In this document: in pieces, positions 29,336 through 38,255 of the stretch
Layout: each line of letters begins with the position of its first letter
Numbering within the stretch: the first letter of the stretch is position 1
Source: Candidatus Eiseniibacteriota bacterium
GTDB taxonomy: Bacteria > Eisenbacteria > RBG-16-71-46 > CAIMUX01 > WJJG01
Direction: 5' to 3'
Assembly (NCBI GenBank): GCA_023129715.1
Contig: JAGMBO010000049.1
Coordinates: forward strand, 53,600-117,599
DNA: 64,000 nucleotides
The notes under the pieces: model-generated
Told to the model about the DNA's origin: nothing
What the model saw: the letters and a program-made list of their open reading frames with translations, nothing else
The model's database searches: none
Translations under genes and position numbers: made by a program

Positions 29336-30478
29336 ACCGCCACACGTCAAGCCGCCGACTTGATTGCTCTCCGCCGGGAGCTGCACCGACATCCGGAAGT
29401 CTCGGATCAGGAGGCACGGACGGCGCAGCGCATCCATGAGTTCCTGCAGGTCTTCGCGCCCGACGAGATCATCACCGGTCTGGGCGGCCATGGCCTGCTG
29501 GCGCTCTTTCGCGGCGAGCAGCCGGGTCCCGGGGTGCTGGTGCGTTGCGAACTGGACGCGCTCCCGATTCCCGAAGGGCGTGATGCACCGCATGCCTCCC
29601 AGCACGCGGGCGTCTCGCACAAGTGCGGCCACGACGGACACATGGCGATCGTCTCCGGTCTCGCGCCGCGTCTACGGCAACGCCCCGTGCGCCATGGCTT
29701 GGTCGCCCTGCTCTATCAGCCGGCCGAGGAGACCGGCCGGGGCGCGGCGCGGGTCGTGGGTGAACCTCGCCTGCGGGCACTCGATCTCGACTACGTCTTC
29801 GCGCTGCACAACATCCCGGGGTATCCGCTGGGAACGTTCCTCTACCGCGAGGGCGTCTTCGCGTCGGCCTCCCAAGGCATGACGATCGATCTCGAAGGGG
29901 CCACCGCGCACGCGGCCGAGCCGCAGAAGGGGCGCAGTCCCGCGCTGGCGGTTGCCGAGCTGATCCAGCTCTTGAGTGCCGCGCCGCAGCAGGCGGTCTC
30001 GATGCACGAGGCGGCCAAGGTCACGGTGATCCATGTGTGTGTCGGCGAGGTGGCCTTCGGCACCACCCCCGGCGTCGGCCGCCTGGCGGCCACGCTGCGG
30101 ACCTACAGCGACCACACCATGAAATGCCTCGCGGAGCATTGTGAGGGTTTGGCGCAGCGTGTGGCCTGCGTGCACGAGCTGGGGGTGTGCGTGAATTGGT
30201 GCGAGGAGTTTCCGGTGACCACGAGCGATCCCGAGGCGCTGCGGATCGTCACGGATGCGGCGGGCGAGTGTGGGCTCCGGCAGGAACGCCTGACCAATCC
30301 GTTTGCCTGGTCGGAGGATTTCGGTCATCTGACCCGGGCCTACCGGGGCGCGATGTTCGGTCTAGGCGCCGGAGAGAAGTCTCCATCGCTCCATCACCCA
30401 GACTATGAGTTCCCCGATGAATTGATCGAGAAGGGAACCGCGCTGTTCGAGACGATCATCCGCCGAATCACGGACTGA
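29324..30478 (+). CDS. M20D-family amidohydrolase (N-acyl-amino-acid / hippurate hydrolase-like)
   Basis: N-terminus LIALRRELHRHPEVSDQEARTAQRIHEFLQ is typical of M20D. Conserved HKCGHDGH metal-binding block. Confidence 0.8.
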   Translation: MTRKTATRQAADLIALRRELHRHPEVSDQEARTAQRIHEFLQVFAPDEIITGLGGHGLLALFRGEQPGPGVLVRCELDALPIPEGRDAPHASQHAGVSHKCGHDGHMAIVSGLAPRLRQRPVRHGLVALLYQPAEETGRGAARVVGEPRLRALDLDYVFALHNIPGYPLGTFLYREGVFASASQGMTIDLEGATAHAAEPQKGRSPALAVAELIQLLSAAPQQAVSMHEAAKVTVIHVCVGEVAFGTTPGVGRLAATLRTYSDHTMKCLAEHCEGLAQRVACVHELGVCVNWCEEFPVTTSDPEALRIVTDAAGECGLRQERLTNPFAWSEDFGHLTRAYRGAMFGLGAGEKSPSLHHPDYEFPDELIEKGTALFETIIRRITD

Positions 30479-30594
30479 TTCCGTCGGGGCAGGACCGCAG
30501 GGATGCTCCGGGAAGCGATGGAAGAAGAGCCGGAATCTGCTGGTGGGAGCGGTGTGGGGACCGAAACATCGTTTAGAGAGGAGCAGAGCCGAGC

Positions 30595-31761
30595 ATGCTG
30601 CATCCTTCGCGCATCGAGATCAGCCGCGGCGCGCTGAGGCGCAACTTCCGCTTCTTGAAGACCCAGGTCGGGGCGCAGACACGGATCTCATCGGTGATCA
30701 AGGGCAATGCCTATGGACACGGCATCGGGATCTTCGTGCCCTTGGCCGAGGAATGCGGCATCCGCCACTTCTCGGTTTTCAGTGCCGACGAAGCATTGCG
30801 TACTCACCAGAGCCGGCGCGCGGAGAGCGATATCGCGATCATGGGCTACATCGCCGATGAGGCGATCGAGTGGGCGATCTCCGAGGGCATCGAATTCTAC
30901 GTCTTCGATCTCGGACGCCTCGAGGCGGCCGGCCGCGTGGCCGCGCGGGTGGGGCAGCCGGCCCGGATTCATCTTGCCCTGGAGACGGGCATGAACCGTA
31001 CGGGCTTCGATGAACCGGAGCTCGAGCGGGCCGTCGAGTACATCCAGGCGCATCCGGACGCCTTCACCATTGAGGGACTCTGCACCCATTTCGCCGGGGC
31101 GGAGTCGGTGGCCAATCATGTCCGGGTGCGTGCGCAGTTCGATCGCTACAACGCGATGCATGCCTGGCTCGATGCCCAAGGCATTCGGGCTCGCTACCGG
31201 CATGTGGCTTGCTCGGCGGCGGCCCTGACGTATCCCGATACCCTGCTGGACATGGTGCGGCTGGGTATCGCCCAGTATGGTCTCTGGCCCAGCGCGGAGA
31301 CCCGGATGCGCCACTTCCAGCGAAATTCAGGGAACAGCGAACACAGGTTCGTCGATCCGCTGAGTCGGGTGATGCGTTGGTCGAGCCGCATCATGAGCAT
31401 CAAGCGGGTCAAGCCAGGTGACTTCGTCGGCTACGGAACATCCTATCTGGTGACTCGCAATCAGTGCCTGGCCGCGGTTCCGGTCGGTTACTACCATGGT
31501 TTCCCCCGCAGTCTGAGCAATCTAGGTCACGTGCTCGTCAACGGCCGCCGCGCGCCGGTGGTCGGAGTCGTCAACATGTCGGCGATCATGGTGGATATCA
31601 CCGACTGCGCCGACGTCCAGCGCGGAGACGAGGTGGTGATCATCGGGCGACAGAAGCGTGGGGTGATTACCGTCTCTTCCTTCGGTGACTTGACTCGCAA
31701 CGTAAACTACGAGGTGCTCACGCGCGTCCCCGCCGAGATCCCGCGGTGCGTTGTAGACTGA
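30595..31761 (+). CDS. alr: Alanine racemase
   Basis: PLP-lysine motif VIKGNAYGHGIG. ~388 aa with alanine-racemase architecture. Confidence 0.85.
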   Translation: MLHPSRIEISRGALRRNFRFLKTQVGAQTRISSVIKGNAYGHGIGIFVPLAEECGIRHFSVFSADEALRTHQSRRAESDIAIMGYIADEAIEWAISEGIEFYVFDLGRLEAAGRVAARVGQPARIHLALETGMNRTGFDEPELERAVEYIQAHPDAFTIEGLCTHFAGAESVANHVRVRAQFDRYNAMHAWLDAQGIRARYRHVACSAAALTYPDTLLDMVRLGIAQYGLWPSAETRMRHFQRNSGNSEHRFVDPLSRVMRWSSRIMSIKRVKPGDFVGYGTSYLVTRNQCLAAVPVGYYHGFPRSLSNLGHVLVNGRRAPVVGVVNMSAIMVDITDCADVQRGDEVVIIGRQKRGVITVSSFGDLTRNVNYEVLTRVPAEIPRCVVD

Positions 31762-31829
31762 GTGTGAGACGACAGGCTCGGCGCGGCAGCGTCATCCGCC
31801 GCCGGATGCACGGGATTGGAGTCTCCAGA

Positions 31830-33050
31830 TCACCGGTTGCGTGCTGTGCGCGGATGCCGATCCGGATCCGCTCCAGGCCCCTCTACCCCCCCCTTTTCCT
31901 CACCGGGGGGATCCACGACCGGGGCGAGTTGCACGGTCCCCGGCCCGGGGAGTGTCTGGCGAAAGCTCTTCAGGTCGGGTTCGACGACGCGATCGATGTA
32001 ACGGTTGCCCATCAAGCGCACCAGCGCGGCGTAATTGGGGCGGAACCGGATCGTGTCACCGATCGAGAGACCCCCGGGGCTGTCACCAATGTTGACCACG
32101 GTGATGTCGCTGCTGGCGCCTGAGATCTGGTGCGCCGAGTTCTCGGGCGTCAATCCGCCGATGTCGGTGTCGAGCTGGCCGACGCCCACCAAGGCTCGAT
32201 AGCCGCGCTGGCCGGGGGCGATCTCCTCATTCTCCTGCTCCATCGAGAAGGGGGCCACCGCTCCCGTCTCCGCCGTGGGAATGAGACTCTTGCGCTTGAT
32301 CTCGATGATCTCGGCCTCCAGGGAAACGGTGTCGTCGCGCAGCGCGGGTAGCGTGCCGCCGTTAACCAGGTCGGTCCCCAGGAAGACCGACTCGCCCACT
32401 CGGAAATGATTGATCTCGCGTGGCAGTTGACCGTCGAGGACCAAGGGCAACGTGGCGCTGGTTCCTGCGGAGATCAGCGGAAGCTTGTGTCCGAACTTCA
32501 GTTCGAGCAGTTCCCGGTAGAGAATCAGCTGCATGCATTGATCGATTGAAGGAATGACCCCGGCCAGGCAACCCAGGTTTGCCCCGATGCCGAGCACCTC
32601 GATGTTGGGCAAGTGAAAGACCTGGTCGTAGAAGTCGACCAGCGCCCCGGGCAAGATCCCCTCGCGCAGATCGCCGAGCTCGATCATCACCACCACGTGA
32701 TGAGTCTTGTTCTGTCGTTCAGCCTCTTCGTTGAGACCGCGGATGATCTCGCTCTCGCTATTGAGGCTTACGTTACAGTGACGAACGATGTCGGAGATCG
32801 AGGTGCGGCTCGGCACGCGCAGGTACCAGGTCTCCTGGTCGGGATCGATGTCCCGGAGCGACCGCAGATTGTCGAGGCGGGATTCCCCGACCGAGCGCAC
32901 ACCGAGGGCGTGCAAGGCGGCCAAGGTGTCGTGGTGTCCGCAGAGGACCTTGGTGACCAGAGTCCACCGGGCCCCATGCCGCGACATCCATCCGTCGACG
33001 GCCGTCAGATTGTGATGGAGAGCATCGAGGTTCACAATAACGCGGTTCAT
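31830..33050 (-). CDS. Alanine-racemase-fold (fold-type III PLP) enzyme, YhfX/ornithine-racemase-like
   Basis: N-terminal barrel with VTKVLCGH (putative PLP-Lys). C-terminal beta domain. 406 aa. Confidence 0.55.
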   Translation of the reverse strand: MNRVIVNLDALHHNLTAVDGWMSRHGARWTLVTKVLCGHHDTLAALHALGVRSVGESRLDNLRSLRDIDPDQETWYLRVPSRTSISDIVRHCNVSLNSESEIIRGLNEEAERQNKTHHVVVMIELGDLREGILPGALVDFYDQVFHLPNIEVLGIGANLGCLAGVIPSIDQCMQLILYRELLELKFGHKLPLISAGTSATLPLVLDGQLPREINHFRVGESVFLGTDLVNGGTLPALRDDTVSLEAEIIEIKRKSLIPTAETGAVAPFSMEQENEEIAPGQRGYRALVGVGQLDTDIGGLTPENSAHQISGASSDITVVNIGDSPGGLSIGDTIRFRPNYAALVRLMGNRYIDRVVEPDLKSFRQTLPGPGTVQLAPVVDPPGEEKGGVEGPGADPDRHPRTARNR

Positions 33051-33577
33051 TGCAGCGCTCCTTTGGCGAGGCGCATCTCGGCATACTTGTTGGTGAAGCC
33101 GAGGCGTTCATAGAGTCGCTTGGCGGGATTGTCGTACTCGACGTGCAGCTTGACCGCCCGGGGCGCGCGGGAGACGGCCTCGCGGATGATCCAGGCCCCG
33201 ATGTCCTGATTACGTCGCTTCGGCGAGACGGCGACGAAGACAAGGACCGTCTCGGGAATATAGCCCGCCATCCCGGTGTTGAGCATCACCACGACGCCCA
33301 CGAGTCCATCATCGTCCATGGCGAGGACGACGTAGCCGCCCTTTCCCTCGGCGGAAGAGAAGGCATAGTCGAGAGCGCGCTCGACGTCGCGGATCGCATC
33401 TTCGTAAGGCCTCATCGTCTCGTGGAGGAAGCGGGCCAGCTTCGCCCGGTCGAGAGAAGATGGGAGCTCCTCGATCGTTCGCACGATGTGAAGCGCAAAC
33501 GTCTTATCAGGAGGAGTGATCGCCTTGCGATCGGCAGATGTCACGGTCGACCTCCTGATTCTCCCTGCAATCCACAC
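33047..33577 (-). CDS. GNAT-family N-acetyltransferase
   Basis: Acetyl-CoA-binding-region motifs (VFVAVSPKRRNQDIGAWIIREAV, YERLGF). 4-bp overlap with the upstream gene. Confidence 0.7.
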   Translation of the reverse strand: MWIAGRIRRSTVTSADRKAITPPDKTFALHIVRTIEELPSSLDRAKLARFLHETMRPYEDAIRDVERALDYAFSSAEGKGGYVVLAMDDDGLVGVVVMLNTGMAGYIPETVLVFVAVSPKRRNQDIGAWIIREAVSRAPRAVKLHVEYDNPAKRLYERLGFTNKYAEMRLAKGALQ

Positions 33578-33831
33578 ACATCCGGCCCGAGGCGGGACTC
33601 GGGCGGGCCAGTCCTCTTTCGGGACGAGCGTCGATTCCAGCCGCGCCAGAGCCGGTGGAAACGCCGGTCAGTTCGGCAGAAAGCGTGCCGTAGGCGGGGT
33701 CTCACCCACAGTTGGACAACACAGAATCCGCGGGAATCTCTGCGCAGATGCAGGGGGATCAGCAAAACCTACAAACACAACAAATTGACCATCGCACATC
33801 TCGGGTCACAAGTCAAGGACTGGGCCGGTCA

Positions 33832-33863
33832 AGGACTGGGCCGGAATCCACTGTCTCGACATG
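33832..33863. repeat. Perfect tandem duplication (caaggactgggccggt x2) in a non-coding decay zone (approximate)
   Basis: Direct reading: gtcaaggactgggccggtcaaggactgggccgg. Confidence 0.5.
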
Positions 33864-34227
33864 AAGCTCGGAGAGGTCCGGGTCTGCGAGGATTGCGGAC
33901 TGGAACTGAAGGTCGTCGAGAAATGCAATGCGTATGGGCCTGCGCGGCAACTTGCGCGATGGGCAGGATCGTCTCGAGCGGCAAGCCCTCCGGGGACTGT
34001 GAGTGTCCGCCGTGCATCTTCTAGCGTCCGTCGCGCACCTTCTCCTGCTGCGGCAGGACGCTTGTGCTGAAGAAGGGGGGGGGCGACTCAGGCTTGAAAT
34101 GCTCGACCCCATCCGGCAGAGTCACGCTTGTTGGCTCGGGCGTCCTGACGAAGCGTGCGCAGAGCATTGCACGACAGGAAGGGGTGATGAGAACGATGAG
34201 GAGATCCGCCGATCAGCGGCTGATCTG

Positions 34228-34543
34228 AAGCGCTGGGCTTGCGGGGCTCGAGCGGGCCCTGGCGTGGATCGGCGAGCGCAGCCTGGAGGAGATCCGCGCC
34301 CGGCAGGTCGCCAGCGTCTCATTCAATATCGCCGGATGTACGCCTTCCGAGATCGGCCTACGGTTGGATGAAGAGTCGGATGTGCTCTGTCGCGTCGGTC
34401 TGCACTGCGCTCCGGCCGCTCACCGGACCATCGGCACCTTTCCCGGGGGAACGATACGTTTCTCACCCGGAGCATTCACGACCCGTGGCGAGATCGATAC
34501 CGCGGTGAAGGCGGTTGCGCGCCTCGCCCGGGAGATGAACTGA
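34228..34543 (+). pseudogene. Cysteine desulfurase (class-V aminotransferase) C-terminal ~100-aa fragment; N-terminal ~300 aa absent
   Basis: Manual translation after an in-frame TGA gives LERALAWIGERSLEEIRARQVASVSFNIAGCTPSEIGLRLDEESDVLCRVGLHCAPAAHRTIGTFPGGTIRFSPGAFTTRGEIDTAVKAVARLAREMN, typical of a SufS/IscS-like C-terminus (vSFxv.g...Ld..giavRsGhHCA.P). Its stop overlaps the DUF3343 ATG. Confidence 0.6.
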
Positions 34544-34803
34544 TGGTCAGGAACGGCGGTTCCCCAAGACGTGCTGCCGTAGGAGAGCCGCGGGCAGTCG
34601 TTCTCTTCCATACCAGCAGCCATGCGCTGCGCGCGGAGGCGTTGCTCGCCGCCCGGGGCGTCGCGGCGAAGTTGATCCCCGTTCCACGGCAGTTGAGTTC
34701 GGATTGCGGGGTCTGTCTGCGCATCGCGCGGGCCGATGGGGCCGTCGCCTGTGAGGTCATTGCCGGAGGCGGGGTCGAAATCGTCGGGATCCACGATGCC
34801 TGA
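34543..34803 (+). CDS. DUF3343-family small protein
   Basis: VVLFHTSSHALRAEALLAARGVAAKLIPVPRQLSSDCGVCL matches the DUF3343 signature. 86 aa. Confidence 0.55.
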   Translation: MVRNGGSPRRAAVGEPRAVVLFHTSSHALRAEALLAARGVAAKLIPVPRQLSSDCGVCLRIARADGAVACEVIAGGGVEIVGIHDA

Positions 34804-34849
34804 GGACCCGATCAAATCGCCCCGTTGACGGCTGGAGGATGAGAGCCGC

Positions 34850-35353
34850 TCAATACGGCGGCGTCTCCATGCCGAAGCGCGCCCACTCTTCCTTGGCGGG
34901 GCCGTAGATCCCGGGAACGGTGAGTCCCGCCTGGCGCATAAGAACCGTCAGCTGGCCCCGGTGATGGACTTCATGGTCGAGCAGGATCCGCAGCGTCAAC
35001 CCGCGGGTCCATTGCTCGCCGTACATGTCGTCCGTTTCGAGGAGCTGTGCATCGCTCCATTCTCGTTTCAGCGCCTCGCGCAATTCGGTGCTCGCCCGGC
35101 GGTAGGCATCGAGGATCTCCTTGCCAGTGGCCGGCGGCGGGGTCTCGTGGTCGAGGACTGGGAGTTCCAGTCCGGTGCGGCGCATCATTTCTGGAATCGT
35201 CGTGGCGATGTGCCAGGCGACCTGCCCCAGAGTCCGATGGCCTGGAGCAATTGCCTGTCCGAGGCTCTCGTCGGTGAGATTGTCGAGCAGCTTGATCGTT
35301 GCCTCGGAAGCTTGCTGATGGGAGGCGAAGAAGTCGTCGAGTTTGGTGAACAT
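34850..35353 (-). CDS. DinB/YfiT-like four-helix-bundle metal-dependent protein
   Basis: His triad context (VAWHIATT, HEVHHRGQL). 167 aa. Confidence 0.7.
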   Translation of the reverse strand: MFTKLDDFFASHQQASEATIKLLDNLTDESLGQAIAPGHRTLGQVAWHIATTIPEMMRRTGLELPVLDHETPPPATGKEILDAYRRASTELREALKREWSDAQLLETDDMYGEQWTRGLTLRILLDHEVHHRGQLTVLMRQAGLTVPGIYGPAKEEWARFGMETPPY

Positions 35354-35361
35354 TGGTCCTC

Positions 35362-37917
35362 CTAGGCTTTCTGGCGCTTGACGATGACGACCGTCACGTC
35401 GTCCGACTGCGGCACACCGGCGGCGAAGGCCTCGACCGCGGAGAGAATCGCATCCTTGATTTCAACAGCTGAGCCCGCGGCGGCCGCGCGAATCACCTCG
35501 ATCATCCGCTCCTCGCCGAACATTGGATTCTCGGGGTCTTCATCGGCAGGCTGGACGCCGAGGCCCGCGCCGGGGAGGCCCTCGGCCTCGCTGATCCCGT
35601 CGGTGAAGAGCACGAGCAGGTCGTCCGGAGCCAAGTGGATCGTCTCCTGCTCGTAGGTCTGCCCGGCGAACATGCCGAGCACCAGACCGCCGTTCTCCAG
35701 GCGCTCGAGCGAGCCGTCGGCGCGCAACAAGACGGGGGGATTGTGCCCGGCATTGGAGGAGGTGAACGTAGCCGCCCGGCAGTCGAGCACTCCATAGAAG
35801 AAGGTTGCAAACATCTGCGCATCGGTCGATCGTGCCAACAGATCGTTGACCCGGGCGACGACTTCGGCCACCGAGCTGGGATGAATGACCTGGCCCTGCA
35901 GGCTTGCCTGAAGATTGGACATCAGCAGCGCCGCCGGAATCCCCTTGCCGGAGACATCCCCGATTGCAATGCCGATGCGCCCATCGCCATGAGAGAGGAA
36001 ATCGAAGTAGTCGCCACCAACTTGCCGGCTAGGGATGCTGGTTCCGGTGATGTCGAAGCCGGGAACAACCGGAACCTCATCGGGCAGGAGACGCTGCTGA
36101 ATGCCGCGGGCGGTCTCGAGTTCGCGCTCGAGACGCTCGCGGGCCACGGCCTCTTCGCGCCCGCGCCGCACGGCGACGGTCATCACATTGAAGGAAGTTG
36201 CCAGATCACCCAGTTCGTCCTCATTCGGTACAGAGATCCGCGTGCCCAGATCCCCGCTTGCCAAGCGCACGGTGCCGCGATGCAGGGTCCGAACCGCCGC
36301 GAGAATGCCGGCGGTGATGCGCACGCCGAAGAAGAGGGCGAAGCCTTCGAGGATCAGGAAGAGCCCGGCGATGACGGCAAGGCCCCACAGAATGGCCTGG
36401 TTGAAGATCAGCTCCTGCCGGGTGAACTCCTGAGCCAGGCTGGCGAGCCGGATGTGCAGATGGTAGAAGACCGTGTCGCGCTCGAGGGCCCGTTGCGAGA
36501 GACGCAGTGTTTCGAGCATACCGCCGCCGAAGCCGAACCGGCGTTGCCAGAGCCCGGCGGTGCTGTCGGGCGCCCCGCCACCGCCTTGGCGCCCCTGGAT
36601 GCGGATCTCAGTGCGCGTCGTGTCACTGCGGGCTGCAATGCTCTCGGCACTTTCCGCGCCGCCGATCACCATGTTCTGCGTGCTGAGCAGGCCGATGTCA
36701 CAGCCGACGATCTGCGAGAGGTGATCGAGGGCGTGTTCACCGACCTTGAATCCGTCGATCTGGAGTTCCGGCGTGGCCACATGGTCGAGACGTATCAGCC
36801 AGACCTCATCACCGATGCGGAAGAACGCGGTTGTATCGGCGGGGGGCCAGCGTACACGGTCCAGAGCTTCCTCCAGACTGCTGACCGCCTCATCCTGCGG
36901 GCCGGGCAGAGAGATCGTCACGCCCGGCTCGCGATCCGGCGCTTCCGGGGCTGCCGGCAGCGCGGCAGTCGAGTCGGCCGGGATCGCCGCTGGCGCGTCC
37001 GCGCGGAGCAGGGTCACGAACCGATCGAGCCATTCAGGAGTTCCCTCCGGTAGGGCAGCGCCGGGCATGTTCGGCCGGATCGAGAAGCTCGTGCGGAAGG
37101 GGGTCGGGGTGAGCCGTTCACCCTGGGCGGTCAGGCGAGCCCAATCCATCAAGACCGCGCGCGTACGGGCCGCTCGGCTTCCGCCGAGAATGCCGAAGGT
37201 GAAGAAGATCCCGAAGACGACGAGCAGCACTAGCGGCACGAGCGCGATCAAGAGCGCACTCACCGCCAGCTTCGGTTTCAGGCGCATGAAGTGCAGCCGC
37301 ATGCGGAAAAAGATCTGCAGCAGCGAGAGGATCCAGAAGATGTAGACCGATGCGCTGGCCCAGCGGCCCAGATTGGCGCCCAGGCCGTGCAGCCAAGGCA
37401 GGTCGGCGACCTCGCGCGTACCGAAATCTCCGCCAAGAGTGAGCAAGACGAGGGAGAGAAAGCCGAGCATGAAGATTCGCGTGCGCCTCGAACCACTCAA
37501 GTGTCTATAGGGTTTATACTTGCGGATTAGGAGCAAGGCGCTGCTGCCGACGATGGCAAGGTAGCGGCCGATCGGGTTGGGGCCCAGGGTCAGGACAAGG
37601 AGGGTTGCCGCGCCCAGCCAGACGATCCAGAAGCGCCGCGCCGAGGTGTCGAGCAGCAGGAAGCGGATCGCCGAGAACCAGGCGATGCCGATCACGATCG
37701 CATAGAGCCAGCCGCCGATCGGGGATCCGATCCCGATCGCCTGATGCACGATTCCACCCGCCAGGCTTCCAGCCACGACCAGGAGCAGATAGCGCCATGC
37801 CGGAGCGTCGAGTGGATGGGCCGGCGTGGCGCCGAATCCGGCGAGTTCGTCTCCGATTCCCGCGTGGCGGGCGAGGGCCGGCGAAGCATTTTCCTGCTGG
37901 GACTTCCGCGGACTCAC
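35362..37917 (-). CDS. Membrane sensor PP2C (SpoIIE/RsbU-type) Ser/Thr phosphatase with multi-TM N-terminus, large extracytoplasmic domain and HAMP
   Basis: About 8 N-terminal TM helices. HAMP-like linker (GDLGTRISVPNEDELGDLATSFNVM). PP2C core (GTSIPSRQVGGDYFDF, TDGISEA). Confidence 0.8.
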   Translation of the reverse strand: MSPRKSQQENASPALARHAGIGDELAGFGATPAHPLDAPAWRYLLLVVAGSLAGGIVHQAIGIGSPIGGWLYAIVIGIAWFSAIRFLLLDTSARRFWIVWLGAATLLVLTLGPNPIGRYLAIVGSSALLLIRKYKPYRHLSGSRRTRIFMLGFLSLVLLTLGGDFGTREVADLPWLHGLGANLGRWASASVYIFWILSLLQIFFRMRLHFMRLKPKLAVSALLIALVPLVLLVVFGIFFTFGILGGSRAARTRAVLMDWARLTAQGERLTPTPFRTSFSIRPNMPGAALPEGTPEWLDRFVTLLRADAPAAIPADSTAALPAAPEAPDREPGVTISLPGPQDEAVSSLEEALDRVRWPPADTTAFFRIGDEVWLIRLDHVATPELQIDGFKVGEHALDHLSQIVGCDIGLLSTQNMVIGGAESAESIAARSDTTRTEIRIQGRQGGGGAPDSTAGLWQRRFGFGGGMLETLRLSQRALERDTVFYHLHIRLASLAQEFTRQELIFNQAILWGLAVIAGLFLILEGFALFFGVRITAGILAAVRTLHRGTVRLASGDLGTRISVPNEDELGDLATSFNVMTVAVRRGREEAVARERLERELETARGIQQRLLPDEVPVVPGFDITGTSIPSRQVGGDYFDFLSHGDGRIGIAIGDVSGKGIPAALLMSNLQASLQGQVIHPSSVAEVVARVNDLLARSTDAQMFATFFYGVLDCRAATFTSSNAGHNPPVLLRADGSLERLENGGLVLGMFAGQTYEQETIHLAPDDLLVLFTDGISEAEGLPGAGLGVQPADEDPENPMFGEERMIEVIRAAAAGSAVEIKDAILSAVEAFAAGVPQSDDVTVVIVKRQKA

Positions 37918-38059
37918 GCAAGGAACCTCCGCGCGGGATGATAGGGGCGCGCGGAGTTCTACGGAAGAGGCAATGCCGGACTATTCCGATAAGGGCATAT
38001 GTCCTCCCACTTTTCGTTGAGAGGGGTGGGACGGTCGGGCCTGGCCCCCTACGCGCCTG

Positions 38060-38165
38060 CTAGAGACCGAAGGGTTTGCCTGGGACTGAGCCCGCCTGCC
38101 TGGGGCTGAGTTGGCCCCCCTGGGGCCGAGCGGCCTGCCCGGGGCTGTGAGCGGCCTGCCAGGAG
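38060..38165. repeat. Five imperfect ~20-bp tandem repeats (gcctggggctgagcggcc-like) upstream of the lipoprotein gene (approximate)
   Basis: Direct reading: tgcctgggactgagcccgcc / tgcctggggctgagttggcccccc / tggggccgagcggcc / tgcccggggctgtgagcggcc / tgccaggagctgaacagacc. Confidence 0.5.
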
Positions 38166-38255
38166 CTGAACAGACCATCTGGAGAATCCCTGGACCGTCG
38201 TGAGATTGGAGCAGGTATGATTTCCCCATTGGTAGCCGACAACGCCGGAGGGGTA

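Noticed and set aside
33861-34070. 69-aa ORF beginning MKLGEVRVCEDCGLELKVVEK (LysW-like zinc ribbon)
   Set aside because: Not called as a gene. After ~25 residues the translation becomes Arg/Ser-rich junk and it lies in an evident decay zone. Mentioned only as a possible remnant.
35635-37053. 472-aa plus-strand ORF
   Set aside because: Antisense to the PP2C sensor phosphatase. No motifs.
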